Notes: generated by a model from the letters alone, not told the origin. A stretch of DNA of 64,000 nucleotides from an uncultured Deferribacterales bacterium (GCA_947853665.1 CANTXF010000034.1:34805-98804), one strand, 5' to 3'; positions 1-9,934 are shown, numbered from the stretch's first letter. Numbers and translations are program-made.

Positions 1-86
1 CGGCGCCGGACAGAAACCGGCTAAAAAAGATAAGCCCAGAGCGGAAATAATAAAGCCGGATTTTAATAAAAAAAGACAATAAAAAG

Positions 87-863
87 TCAGCAGAATTCTA
101 TTTTAGGATTACAGGGCGTCTCGCCTATCTCGAAAGCCTTTTCGTAAAAAAGCCGCAGACCTTCGATATGCCTGTCCGTAAGCCGGTAGTCTATGGTATC
201 CCAGTAGTCGAGCATCTGCTCCGCCGTATATCCGTAAGGCAGATATTTATGAACCAGACCGGCGCGGCCGCCTGCGGAGTCCGCAGCGCATTTTTTCAAA
301 CGTCCGGCGAAAACAGCGAATTCCTGCGATTCGGAAGCCTTTCTGCCCGCTATCCACAGGGCGAATACGAAAGGCAGGCCGGTAAAGGAATACCACTCCG
401 CGCCCAAATCTATTATATGGCCGCAATCCCTGTTATAGTAGGCATAAAGAGCCTTGTCGCCTATCAGAAGCTCCGCGTCCGCATCTTCCAGCGAGTCGGT
501 ATAAACCGGGTTTACTCCGTAAAACTTTTCAAGCACTATGCGACATAATACGGTTGAAGTGTTCGACTCTCTGGTAAAATATATTTTTTTGCCGCCAAGC
601 TCCTCCACCTTAAACCGCGAAAAAACGTTCACGCTTTTGACGGGCCCTACGGATGATACGGAAATGCCGGAAACAACCCTGTAAAGCCCGGAATTTCTGG
701 CGTATTCTATGCTGGAGGAAGGCGAAACGTCTATATCGCCCTCCCGCATGGCCTTATTAAGATCCGCCGGAAAACCTTTTTTAAACTTGAGCGAGCCGTC
801 CTGCAGAAGATAATGAAAAATGGGATACACATTGGCGTATTCCATATAGCCTATTCTGAACAA
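87..863 (-). CDS. MqnA/MqnD-family (futalosine-pathway menaquinone biosynthesis, periplasmic-binding-like fold) protein
   Basis: 258 aa ORF. The N-terminus MFRIGYMEYANVYPIFHYL matches the MqnA/MqnD (VitK2_biosynth) N-terminal pattern M.RIG.I.YLN..P. Recognised from memory only. Confidence 0.45.
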   Translation of the reverse strand: MFRIGYMEYANVYPIFHYLLQDGSLKFKKGFPADLNKAMREGDIDVSPSSSIEYARNSGLYRVVSGISVSSVGPVKSVNVFSRFKVEELGGKKIYFTRESNTSTVLCRIVLEKFYGVNPVYTDSLEDADAELLIGDKALYAYYNRDCGHIIDLGAEWYSFTGLPFVFALWIAGRKASESQEFAVFAGRLKKCAADSAGGRAGLVHKYLPYGYTAEQMLDYWDTIDYRLTDRHIEGLRLFYEKAFEIGETPCNPKIEFC

Positions 864-928
864 TTTTTTCCACCGTCATATAAATTATACAAACGCAGTA
901 TAACCCTTCCGCAAAAATATTTAAACCG

Positions 929-1822
929 CTAATTCCAGGGCACCACCCCGGGATAGGCCGTTTCGGATGAGAAGGACGGGTCCATAGGTATAAGGACCCC
1001 CTTTTCCGACTCCTCGCTTTTTATGTCGCTCAGAATAACGCCGCCTCTGAACACACGGCCTGAAAAAACCGCGCCGTCTTCCCCGGAAATAAAAAGCAGC
1101 ATACCCCCGGAAGGAGACAGGCAGGACGCCTCCGCCTCCGATACTCCGCTAACAGAGCAATCGCCTAAAAAACGGCCGTTTTTATCCCGCAGATAGGCCT
1201 TCATTTCCGTTTCGTCGGGAAAAAGCAGCATATCGAAATTTCCGGAAGATTTTGCGGAAATATCCACGGATACAGGCTTGCCGTCCCCAGAACTCAGATT
1301 TACAGCCCATATACCGCCTTTTTTAAGGGTAACGTCCCTCTTTGCAAGAGGTTTACCATGCATATCCTTAACTATCTCGCCGTATAGCTTCAGCACGTCG
1401 AGACCAGCCGCGTAAACTACCGGCCTGCCGCCATTATCTCTTATCTCGGAGCGTATGCCCCCGTTTTCGAGAAAAGAAGCCAGCAAAACGGCTTTGTCGG
1501 CCGCGTCTCCGCCGCGCTCCGCAAGGGTATTTTTAGGGGAACGGCCGCCTCCGCCGTTTTCCAGAAGCGCCACGTCGTTTTTAACGTAGGCGAAGGCTTT
1601 AACGGCCACACATTCCGGATTTTCCCCGGAGCAGCCGGAAGCGACTCTTGAAAGGACGGAGCGAAGGGTAAAATCATCCTTAAGTATAAGGCCGGAATAT
1701 CCTGCGTCATCCTCTTTGCCTCCCGAAACGGCGGCCGAGGTGTCCACGTCCATAAAAAAGAAGCATAAAGCTCCCGCGGCCAGAAACGCCGCCAGAAACA
1801 TAAAAAATAAAAAACGGGCCAA
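929..1822 (-). CDS. hypothetical membrane-anchored protein (N-terminal TM helix, Gly/Ser-rich)
   Basis: 297 aa ORF with a hydrophobic N-terminus FLFFMFLAAFLAAGALCFFF. No confident family assignment. Confidence 0.35.
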   Translation of the reverse strand: MARFLFFMFLAAFLAAGALCFFFMDVDTSAAVSGGKEDDAGYSGLILKDDFTLRSVLSRVASGCSGENPECVAVKAFAYVKNDVALLENGGGGRSPKNTLAERGGDAADKAVLLASFLENGGIRSEIRDNGGRPVVYAAGLDVLKLYGEIVKDMHGKPLAKRDVTLKKGGIWAVNLSSGDGKPVSVDISAKSSGNFDMLLFPDETEMKAYLRDKNGRFLGDCSVSGVSEAEASCLSPSGGMLLFISGEDGAVFSGRVFRGGVILSDIKSEESEKGVLIPMDPSFSSETAYPGVVPWN

Positions 1823-1895
1823 AACAAAAATCTCCGAGTAAAGAGAAAGCCGCTTCCCCGGATAAAATCAACGTTTAGGGGAAAGCGGCGCTTAA

Positions 1896-2756
1896 TTATT
1901 TTTTCTCAACGTTTTTAAGCAGGCGGAACAAAGAGGAATCCGTAGTAAGATAAAGCTCCGTGCCGTCCTTTATAACCTTGCCGTAAGCGTCTAAAGAACG
2001 GTAAAACTCAAAAAACGCCGGGTCCTTGCCGTAAGTGTCGGCGTATATTTTAATTACCCGCGCATCCGCCTCGCCTTTCGTAGTTTCTACCTTTCTGTAA
2101 GCCTCGGCCATTATCACGGCCCTTTCCTTATCGGTGCGGGCTTTTATTTTCTGAGCCTCCTCCATGCCCTCTGAGCGGTACTGTTTGGCTATCCGCTGAC
2201 GCTCGGTGGACATACGGGCGTAAACCGCCTTTTCGTTTTCCGCAGGCAGATCCGCCCTTTTTACACGGATATCCTGTATGGTTATTCCGTATTCCCTGGC
2301 CTTTTCCCTCGCCTGTTTCTTAACGTTTTCCATTATCTCGGTGCGGTTCTGGTTGATAACGTCTATCAGGTCGTGGCGGGCAAGCTCAACGCGCATTTCG
2401 GAATACACTATATCCTCAATCCGCGGAAACGCCCCCCTTTCGTTCTTTACCGTAAGGAAAAATTTAAGAGGGTCGTCTATATACCAGCGGCAGTAGTTGT
2501 CTATCACAAGAGTCTTTTTATCTCTGGTAAGAATCTCCGACGGAGAAGTATCGTAATCCAGCAGCATTTTGCTGAAAAAAGTGGCGCTTTCAACAAAAGG
2601 AAGCTTAAAATGAAGCCCCGGCTCCGAAACCGTGCGCACAGGCTTGCCAAGCCTTGTTACGATAGCCTGCTCGGTAACGTCCACGGAATAAAAGCACAGC
2701 GCCCACGCTATCATGGCGACGGCTATTATTAAGGGAATAAGCACAAGTTTTTTCAT
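1896..2756 (-). CDS. hflC: HflC, SPFH/band-7 protease modulator
   Basis: 286 aa with an N-terminal TM segment and an SPFH domain. Stop and start overlap with the upstream hflK-like gene by 4 nt, the classic hflKC pair. Confidence 0.8.
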   Translation of the reverse strand: MKKLVLIPLIIAVAMIAWALCFYSVDVTEQAIVTRLGKPVRTVSEPGLHFKLPFVESATFFSKMLLDYDTSPSEILTRDKKTLVIDNYCRWYIDDPLKFFLTVKNERGAFPRIEDIVYSEMRVELARHDLIDVINQNRTEIMENVKKQAREKAREYGITIQDIRVKRADLPAENEKAVYARMSTERQRIAKQYRSEGMEEAQKIKARTDKERAVIMAEAYRKVETTKGEADARVIKIYADTYGKDPAFFEFYRSLDAYGKVIKDGTELYLTTDSSLFRLLKNVEKK

Positions 2757-3778
2757 TTTCCGCTCCCGCCTATTTTATCGGCCCCGATAAAGGGATTGAC
2801 GTTTTTGATATTGGAGTCGAACACCCTTACGTCCGCTTTGCCGAGAGTTTCTTCCATAGCCTCTATATACATCCTTTTTTTAGTAATATCAGGCGACTTT
2901 TTATAGGTTGCCAGTATCTGCTCGAAACGGGAGGCGTCGCCGAGAGCCTCCTCCACTTTCTGTGTCTTATAGGCTTCGGCCTGCTGTATCATGGTCTCCG
3001 CCTCGCCTCTCGCCTTCGGGATTATTTCGTTGGCGTAGGCTTCAGCCTCGTTTATAAAGCGGTTTTTATCCTCTCTGGCGCTTGCCACGTCCTTAAAAGC
3101 GGCAACAACCTCCTCCGGAGGGGACACGTCGAGAAGCTGAACGGCCACTATCCTTACTCCGGCCTTGTAGCTGTCTAGCATATCCTGCAGGATAACCATG
3201 GTTTCCTGCTGAACGCGGTTTTTTCCGGTTGTGAGGAACTCGTCCACGGCCTCCTTGCCTGCAACCTCCCTTATGGCCGACTGGGCGGCGTTTTTTATAG
3301 TGGAAGGCACGTTGCGCACGTTATAGAGATATTCCACAACGTCCTTTATCTGATACTGGACGATAAGCTTAACGCTTACGATGTTTTCGTCCCCAGTAAG
3401 CATGTGGGCCTCGCCCTTAACGTCCACGGAAGAGCCGTCTCTCGTAGGCCTGAAGCCTATTTCCGTCCTGTGTATTTTTGTAACCTCCGCCTTATCCACC
3501 GACTCTATGGGAAAAGGCAGGTGGAAATGCGGCCCGGGATTCGCTACGGAAATAACCTTGCCGAAACGCTTAACAACAGCCTGTTCGTCCGCCCTGACAA
3601 TATAAAAGCCCGTTCCTATCCAAATACCCGCGATGATAACGGCCACAAGCCATACCGGCACGTTAAAGCCCTGGCCTTTCTTCGCCGGAGACGAAGCGGG
3701 CCCCGCCTGTCCCGGCTTATCTTTACTTTTCCAGGGGAATTTAAACTTGGAATCTCCCCAGGGATTATCTTCGCTCAT
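2753..3778 (-). CDS. hflK: HflK, SPFH/band-7 protease modulator
   Basis: SPFH domain and a TM helix (VWLVAVIIAGIWIGTGFYIV). I placed the start at the ATG (MSEDNPW) that follows the AGGAGAGG RBS, rather than at the longer ORF start. Confidence 0.8.
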   Translation of the reverse strand: MSEDNPWGDSKFKFPWKSKDKPGQAGPASSPAKKGQGFNVPVWLVAVIIAGIWIGTGFYIVRADEQAVVKRFGKVISVANPGPHFHLPFPIESVDKAEVTKIHRTEIGFRPTRDGSSVDVKGEAHMLTGDENIVSVKLIVQYQIKDVVEYLYNVRNVPSTIKNAAQSAIREVAGKEAVDEFLTTGKNRVQQETMVILQDMLDSYKAGVRIVAVQLLDVSPPEEVVAAFKDVASAREDKNRFINEAEAYANEIIPKARGEAETMIQQAEAYKTQKVEEALGDASRFEQILATYKKSPDITKKRMYIEAMEETLGKADVRVFDSNIKNVNPFIGADKIGGSGK

Positions 3779-4269
3779 CTGAACCTCTCCTGTTTTTGTA
3801 ACCGCCGTAATGCGAAAAAGCACTATATATCAATACCGTTTAAAATGCAAAGATTACCGCGCAGGCAAAAAGTTCCGTCATGCGGAATGAAATCCGCAAA
3901 GAAGGCTCTGCTATTTTCGGCCAGTCGGAAAAGCCGCGATTATAAAACCGTTGGGCCGAGGCCGACCGCTTCTGAAAACAGGCGGAATTTTCAGGTAAAA
4001 CGTGAAAAAGCGGCGGATATATACGCCTTAAATAAAAACCCGAAAGAGGCCGCCCCTGTTTCGGGCGGAAAACGGCGGCCCGGATAAGGAGGCTCGGGGG
4101 TAAAAAGCCTTGTTAAAAGGAAAAATAACTGATAATATAAGCCATTCCGTAACGGCTCCGTTACGGGAACTATTTGCCGGAGTCATCAAAAAGTAGGATG
4201 ATAAATTAAAACGGGCCGGCACAAGCAGCCTTCGGGACGGCACTGGCGGCCTTTTAACGGGAGGTATCA

Positions 4270-6339
4270 ATGGAAACGAGCTTGATTCGGAACGTAGCCT
4301 TCATTTCCCACGGAGGGGCGGGCAAAACCAGCCTCATCGAGGCGATTCTCTATAACGCGGGCGGCACGGAACGCATAGGAAGCGTGGAAGCCGGTACAAG
4401 CGTTATGGATTTCGACCCGGTTGAAATTGAAAGAAAATTCTCCACAAACGCCAAAGTCGCCTCCGTAACCTGGAATAAAACCCTGCTCAATATTGTGGAC
4501 ACTCCCGGATACGCCAATTTTTTGCACGAAACCAAATGCGCCCTGGCGGCGGTAGACGGGGCCGTGGTGATAGCCTCCGCCATAACCGGCGTTAAAGCCG
4601 AAACGAAAAGGGTATGGAGCTTCGCGGACGAATACGACCTTTCAAAGCTCATATTCATAAATAAAATGGATAAGGAATACGCCGATTTCTACAATGCTCT
4701 GGGCGATATAGAAAAAGCTTTCGGCATAAATCCCCTGCCTATATTTCTGCCTATCGGAAGCGAGGAATCGTTCCGCGGCATAATAGACCTTGTAAGGATG
4801 AAGGCTCTTATATACCCTTCAGAACCTACGGCCATGTATACGATAGAAGAAATACCCGGCGAGCTGCTGCCGGAAGCGGAAAAGTACAGAAACAAGCTTC
4901 TTGAAGCCGTGTCCGAAACAGACGACGCCTTAATAGAAAAATATCTTGAAACGGGCGAGCTTACGGAGGAAGAAGTGCGCAAAGGCCTGCGCGAGGGCGT
5001 GGTAACAAAGCGCTTCGTGCCGGTTATATGCGGCTCGGCGATTAAGAACATAGGCTCCAAGCTCCTGCTCGAAGCCATAATAGACTACCTGCCCTCCCCC
5101 ATGCAGAGAGGGGCAGCCTACGCGGTGGATAAAAAATCCGGAGAACCGGTGGACGTTACGGCTTCGGATAAGGAATTTTCCGCTTTCGTATTTAAAACTT
5201 TCATAGACCCTTTCGCTGGCAAGCTTTCTCTCTTTCGGGTATATTCCGGCTCGGTAAAAAACGACTCGGAAGTCCTGAACGTAAACAAGGACGAAAAAGA
5301 AAAAATATCCCAGCTTTTTATGCTCCAGGGCAAAAACTTCGTAAAAACCGACGAGCTGACAGCCGGACAGATAGGCATGGTTACCAAACTGAAGCATACC
5401 GAAACCTTCGACACCCTGTCGTCCTATTTCGACCCGGTGGAATTTCCGCCAGTGGAGCTGCCTGACCCGGTAATAGCTTTTTCGATAGTTCCCAAATCCA
5501 AGGACGACGAAGAAAAAGTATCCTCCGGCCTTCACCGCCTTATAGAGGAAGATAAGGGCATAACGGTAAAAAGGGACGAGCAGACGGGAGAGCTGCTGCT
5601 TTCCGGCATGGGTCAGATGCATATAGAAGTCGTCGTGGATAAGCTTCAGAAAAAATTTAACGTACAGGTGGAGCTTAAAACGCCGAAAGTGCCGTATATG
5701 GAAACAATACGCTCAACGGCTAACGGACAGGGAAAATATAAAAAGCAATCCGGAGGAAAAGGCCAGTATGGCGACGTATGGCTGGAGCTTTCGCCTCTGC
5801 CAAGAGGGGAAGGTTTCGAATTCGAGGATAAGATAGTAGGCGGCGTCGTGCCAAGAAACTTTATTCCGGCGGTGGAAAAGGGGATAAGGGAAGCCTCGGC
5901 GGACGGAGTGCTGGCCGGATATCCTATGGTGGATTTTAAGGCAACCCTTTACGACGGTTCGTACCATTCCGTGGATTCGTCCGAAATGGCTTTTAAAATA
6001 GCCGCTTCCATGGCCTATAAAAAAATCGCCATGGACGCAAAGCCCGTAATACTGGAACCTATTATGACGATAGACGTGTACTGCCCGGAACAGTTCGTAG
6101 GCTCCGTAATAGGAGACCTGAACTCCCGCAGAGGCCGCATAAACAACGTGGAGCCTCAGACCAACGGACAGCACATAGGGGCTCTCGTGCCTATGGCGGA
6201 GATACTTAAATACGCTCCGGACCTTAGAAGCATGACAGGCGGACACGGCATGTTTACAATGGAATTCAGCCATTACGAGGAGCTGCCTACGCCGCTGGCT
6301 GAAAAGCTGATAGCGGAAAAGAAGCAGAACGAAGCCTGA
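4270..6339 (+). CDS. elongation factor G family GTPase (EF-G paralog)
   Basis: 689 aa. P-loop GGAGKTS, DTPG and NKMD G-motifs, followed by EF-G domains II-V. G1 reads HGGAGKTS instead of the canonical HIDAGKTT, which suggests a paralog rather than the primary fusA. Confidence 0.8.
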   Translation: METSLIRNVAFISHGGAGKTSLIEAILYNAGGTERIGSVEAGTSVMDFDPVEIERKFSTNAKVASVTWNKTLLNIVDTPGYANFLHETKCALAAVDGAVVIASAITGVKAETKRVWSFADEYDLSKLIFINKMDKEYADFYNALGDIEKAFGINPLPIFLPIGSEESFRGIIDLVRMKALIYPSEPTAMYTIEEIPGELLPEAEKYRNKLLEAVSETDDALIEKYLETGELTEEEVRKGLREGVVTKRFVPVICGSAIKNIGSKLLLEAIIDYLPSPMQRGAAYAVDKKSGEPVDVTASDKEFSAFVFKTFIDPFAGKLSLFRVYSGSVKNDSEVLNVNKDEKEKISQLFMLQGKNFVKTDELTAGQIGMVTKLKHTETFDTLSSYFDPVEFPPVELPDPVIAFSIVPKSKDDEEKVSSGLHRLIEEDKGITVKRDEQTGELLLSGMGQMHIEVVVDKLQKKFNVQVELKTPKVPYMETIRSTANGQGKYKKQSGGKGQYGDVWLELSPLPRGEGFEFEDKIVGGVVPRNFIPAVEKGIREASADGVLAGYPMVDFKATLYDGSYHSVDSSEMAFKIAASMAYKKIAMDAKPVILEPIMTIDVYCPEQFVGSVIGDLNSRRGRINNVEPQTNGQHIGALVPMAEILKYAPDLRSMTGGHGMFTMEFSHYEELPTPLAEKLIAEKKQNEA

Positions 6340-6358
6340 TACGCAGCTTTAGGAACCG

Positions 6359-7264
6359 ATGCGCAATCTGAACCTTTACAACTGTTACGATAAGTCTCTG
6401 GCGGATATAAACAGGGATTACCTGACGTCCAAAAACGCCAAAAAGGAAAAAAACGGAGCCGGGGGCAAGAGCAAAAGCCTTGCCCTCGTTCTCCTTGCCG
6501 CCGTGATTCTGGCGGTACCGGCAGGGATATATCTGGGGCACAAGCTCTCCGAAACTACCCAGGAGACGATTCTGGCGCCCGCCCCTCCGAAACCGGATTT
6601 GCGGTCTACGGAGGAAAAACTGGGATACGTTAAGGTGCAGATATTCGAATTCGCGGACGAAGCGCCCGAAACCGCGGCAGCGCCCGCTCCTGCGGAAAAA
6701 GAACAGCGGCCGGCCGAAATTACAGCCGCCGCGGAAAAAACGGCCGAAAAAGCGCCGGAAAAAACCGCAGCCAAAGGAGCGGAAAAAGAAAAGCCGAGAG
6801 AAACCCCCGCTCCTGCGAAAAAAGAACCGGCTCCCAGGACGGAAACGGCAAAAGCGGCGGTTCCTGCGAAAGCGGCGGAAAAAAGATACTCCGTAACTTT
6901 CGAAGGCATAGACCCTAAAGAATACGACACGGTAAATTCCCTGGCCCTGAAATATAAATTCACGCCGGAGATAACGGATTCATCCAGCATTTCAAGAACT
7001 TTATGGAGGGTATACCGCATGGAGCCTTCCTCCAAAACGGTGATCGGAGGAAAGAACGTGGAAAAGGTAAAGGATTTTGCCACTAAGGAAGAAGCGGTGG
7101 CTTACGCCAAGGAAAATAATATACAATCGGTAATAAGGCTGGAAGAGGAAGTCGATAAAACATACGCCCTGAGGCTTTGCTGCGGAGATCTGGAGTCTTC
7201 AAAAAAGCTTGCGGAAGCCAGCAATATACGCAATAAAACGATTAAGATAGTCAGAGAAAAATAG
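6359..7264 (+). CDS. membrane-anchored Pro/Ala/Lys-rich protein with a C-terminal SPOR-like domain
   Basis: N-terminal TM helix, a long low-complexity AEK/PAP linker, and a C-terminal roughly 150 aa alpha/beta region. The SPOR assignment is tentative. Confidence 0.4.
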   Translation: MRNLNLYNCYDKSLADINRDYLTSKNAKKEKNGAGGKSKSLALVLLAAVILAVPAGIYLGHKLSETTQETILAPAPPKPDLRSTEEKLGYVKVQIFEFADEAPETAAAPAPAEKEQRPAEITAAAEKTAEKAPEKTAAKGAEKEKPRETPAPAKKEPAPRTETAKAAVPAKAAEKRYSVTFEGIDPKEYDTVNSLALKYKFTPEITDSSSISRTLWRVYRMEPSSKTVIGGKNVEKVKDFATKEEAVAYAKENNIQSVIRLEEEVDKTYALRLCCGDLESSKKLAEASNIRNKTIKIVREK

Positions 7265-7358
7265 CCTCCGCGTTTGCTCCGGAACAAGTCAAAGACCTTG
7301 ACAATTGCTGTATTCTGTTTATTATCTACACTATGAAAGCACTAGAGGGGGACTAACT

Positions 7359-7634
7359 ATGACAAAAGCAGACATGGTTGAAAGCATTCATGAAAAATTC
7401 GGTCTTACAAAAAAAGTCATAGCCAAAGTCGTGGACGATGTTTTCGAAAAAATCCGCGCGGACATACTTGAAGCCAAAAATGTCAAAATATCCGGTTTCG
7501 GCAACTTTGAAGTAAAAAAACGCGGCAGGCGCATAGGCCGCAATCCGAAAACAGGCGTGGAAACCGTAATACCTCCCCGCACTGTGGTAGTGTTCCGCCC
7601 CAGCCAGATATTTAAAGATGAGGTAAATGGATAA
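7359..7634 (+). CDS. hup: HU/IHF-family DNA-binding protein
   Basis: MTKADMVESIHEKFGLTKK...GFGNFEVKKRGRRIGRNPKTGVETVIPPRTVVVFRPS is a typical HU/IHF. A GAGGGGG RBS sits 7 nt upstream. The longer listed ORF uses a TTG in the promoter region. Confidence 0.85.
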   Translation: MTKADMVESIHEKFGLTKKVIAKVVDDVFEKIRADILEAKNVKISGFGNFEVKKRGRRIGRNPKTGVETVIPPRTVVVFRPSQIFKDEVNG

Positions 7635-7953
7635 GCAGCATTACAAAATCGGAGAAGTTTCTAAGCTTTTGGGCGTAAACGCTTCCACATTGAGGTTTTG
7701 GGAGTCGGAATTCCGCCAGCTTAAACCGGTAAAGTCATCAACAAATCAAAGGTATTACACGCAGCGGCACATAGAGTTTTTAAAGCGTCTTAAAAATATG
7801 CTGTATGTTGAAAAGTACACTATAGAAGGCGCGAAAAAGAAACTGTGCTCCCGGGAGGCGGCCCTGGAAAACGAAGCGCCCGCCTCCGAAAAAGCCATTG
7901 GTACGCAAGCTCTGAAGAAGGAGCTCCTGGAAGTTCTGGAGCTCCTTAAATAG
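7627..7953 (+). CDS. MerR-family HTH transcriptional regulator (short, no effector domain)
   Basis: YKIGEVSKLLGVNASTLRFWE is a MerR-type HTH. The start overlaps the HU stop by 8 nt. Confidence 0.65.
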   Translation: MDKQHYKIGEVSKLLGVNASTLRFWESEFRQLKPVKSSTNQRYYTQRHIEFLKRLKNMLYVEKYTIEGAKKKLCSREAALENEAPASEKAIGTQALKKELLEVLELLK

Positions 7954-8812
7954 GTTCTTTCCAGCCTCTTGACAGGGCTATTTTATAAAGAGGCTCCAAT
8001 ATTTCCCCGTCCTTCATATTGCCAAGCTCCGCTCCGGGCCTTGCCACTTTCGAGTTTCCTCCGTGAAAATCGCTTCCGCATGAAACGGCCAGCCCGTTGC
8101 GTCTTGCTATTTCCGAATAGACCTCCTTTTTCTCGTCGGGAGAGTGGCTTGAAAAAACCTCAAGAGCGTCCAATCCTTTAGCTTTGCAGGATTTTACAAG
8201 CTCGTCAAGATCGTGGTCTCCCAACCCTAAAGTGGAGGGATGGGCCAGAACCGCGACACCGCCCACCGCCTTTATTACTCCGAATGCCCTGTCCATGCTT
8301 ATCCTCCGCTTGGGAACGGAAAGAATACGGCCGTCCGCAAGATATTCGGAAAAAGCCTCCTGCAGTGTGGAAACTATTCCGTTCTTTACAAGATATTTCG
8401 CCATGTGAGGCCTTCCCAGCTGTCCTTCCGGGTTATCCGTCAAATCGGAAATCATAACCTTTCTTTTCACCAGAGCGGAAAGCTTTTCGAGCATTTTCCC
8501 GTTCCTTTCGGCACGGTATCCTTTTACCTCTTTTACCAGAGCCGCCATATCCGGCGCGTCTTTATCGATAAAAAGCCCCACGAGATGAAGCTCTCCAACG
8601 GGATAATCCACGCTCAGCTCGATACCCGGTATGAGCCTTATTTCTGCCGTAGAGGAGAGAAACTCCTCCAGACCGTCCGTAGTATCGTGGTCGGTAAGGG
8701 CGAGATGGGTGATCCCCAGCTCCGAAGCAATTTTCACTAGCCCGGCCGGGGAACAGGTGCCGTCCGACGCGGTGGAATGGGTATGCAAATCTATCATGTT
8801 TCGTTTCTCCAT
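7946..8812 (-). CDS. PHP-domain phosphoesterase (histidinol-phosphatase family)
   Basis: MIDLHTHSTASDGT N-terminal PHP motif. Conserved His/Asp residues recur through the protein. Confidence 0.8.
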   Translation of the reverse strand: MEKRNMIDLHTHSTASDGTCSPAGLVKIASELGITHLALTDHDTTDGLEEFLSSTAEIRLIPGIELSVDYPVGELHLVGLFIDKDAPDMAALVKEVKGYRAERNGKMLEKLSALVKRKVMISDLTDNPEGQLGRPHMAKYLVKNGIVSTLQEAFSEYLADGRILSVPKRRISMDRAFGVIKAVGGVAVLAHPSTLGLGDHDLDELVKSCKAKGLDALEVFSSHSPDEKKEVYSEIARRNGLAVSCGSDFHGGNSKVARPGAELGNMKDGEILEPLYKIALSRGWKEPI

Positions 8813-8904
8813 TATTTTTTCGGGAATTTTAACCCCTTGGTATTCTTATCTCAAGAAAAAGTTGCGAAGTTTTCGGCTAAGCTGTATAGAACGCAAACAA
8901 TTTC

Positions 8905-8933
8905 TTGCAAAGAAAACGCCCGCGGGTTATAAA
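8905..8933 (+). promoter_or_regulatory. sigma-70-like promoter (TTGCAA-N17-TATAAA), possibly giving a leaderless mRNA
   Basis: TTGCAA at 8905-8910 and TATAAA at 8928-8933 with 17-nt spacing. The ATG at 8940 lies at the predicted transcription start site. Confidence 0.35.
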
Positions 8934-8939
8934 TGCACC

Positions 8940-9320
8940 ATGAAAGCATTTGACGGAATATTATTCATAGTTTACAAAATAGCGATAAACGTTATCGCTC
9001 TGGGCCTCGTGGCGGCGGTTTTCAAACATGTGGAGGTTACGGATTTCGGCGTTCTCGTCGCAGCGGCCATAATACTTACCGGCCTTAACCTTCTTATAAA
9101 ACCCTTTCTCCTGCTTATATCCCTGCCGGTGGTCTTTCTTACCCTGGGGCTTGGATATTTTATAGTGAACGCTATAATAATCATGCTCACATCATGGGCG
9201 GTAAAAGGCTATCAGGTGGACGGTTTCTGGACGGCGGTAGGAGCCGGGCTTTTCGTAAGCGTGGTAAACGTCGTATTCGATTTTTTCGCCCAGAGCAGGA
9301 AGGACGAATTCAGGGGCTAG
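8940..9320 (+). CDS. small integral membrane protein (phage holin family 4 / DUF360-like, 4 TM)
   Basis: 127 aa, very hydrophobic, four predicted TM segments. I trimmed the start to the MKAFDGI ATG, because the longer ORF overlaps the convergent PHP gene. Confidence 0.5.
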   Translation: MKAFDGILFIVYKIAINVIALGLVAAVFKHVEVTDFGVLVAAAIILTGLNLLIKPFLLLISLPVVFLTLGLGYFIVNAIIIMLTSWAVKGYQVDGFWTAVGAGLFVSVVNVVFDFFAQSRKDEFRG

Positions 9321-9934
9321 AGCATATCCGCAACCAGTCTGTGGTCGTCTATGACAGGCGCGTCCCACAAAGGTTTTTTAAAAGCGGCAAAACGCGCTCC
9401 GCAGGCTTTTGCGGCGTAATAATCCGTAGGGGAATCGCCGATAAAAAGCGCCTCCCCCGGAGCTGCCCCGAAACGGGCGCATATCTTTAAAAGCCCCTCG
9501 GGAGACGGTTTAGGCAGGGATACGTCCCTGGAAGTTACCAGCATGTCGAAGTAATCTTTTATTTTAAAATATTCAAGCAGCCTGGGCAAAGATTTCCCCC
9601 TGTTGGTAAGCACCGCCATAGGCAGCCCTTTTTTCCTGACCGTCTCAAGCCCTTCCGGAAGCCCGGTTTCAAGCGTCATGGAATCGAAGGAATCGCCTTT
9701 CTCGTCATTGGAGGCAATATCCAGCATTCTGCGGTAAACCTCTTTGTCTCCTCCCGAAAGAACCTCCAGAATATCCCTGTCGGCCATGGAAAGGGCTTTA
9801 AGGCGCATATCCTCCTCGGACCAATCGACGGGAGGCAGGCCGCACCTGTCAAGCATCCAGTTATAATATGAAAGTATGGACTCTCTGCTGTCCACTATTA
9901 CCCCGTCGCAGTCGTATATTATAATTTTAGTCAT
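9317..9934 (-). CDS. HAD-superfamily hydrolase (phosphoglycolate phosphatase-like)
   Basis: The motif I reads IYDCDGVIVDS. Downstream HAD motifs include LTNR and GDSPTD. Confidence 0.75.
   Translation of the reverse strand: MTKIIIYDCDGVIVDSRESILSYYNWMLDRCGLPPVDWSEEDMRLKALSMADRDILEVLSGGDKEVYRRMLDIASNDEKGDSFDSMTLETGLPEGLETVRKKGLPMAVLTNRGKSLPRLLEYFKIKDYFDMLVTSRDVSLPKPSPEGLLKICARFGAAPGEALFIGDSPTDYYAAKACGARFAAFKKPLWDAPVIDDHRLVADML

Noticed and set aside
168-548. 126-aa plus-strand ORF
   Set aside because: Antisense to the MqnA/MqnD-like gene. No RBS and no recognisable domain.
4930-5622. 230-aa minus-strand ORF
   Set aside because: Antisense to the EF-G paralog. Low-complexity, Tyr/Phe/Arg-rich shadow frame.
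6600-6900. repetitive nucleotide pattern (gaaaaa/gcgg periodicity)
   Set aside because: It is the coding sequence of the low-complexity AEK/PAP linker of the membrane protein, not a CRISPR or tandem-repeat array.
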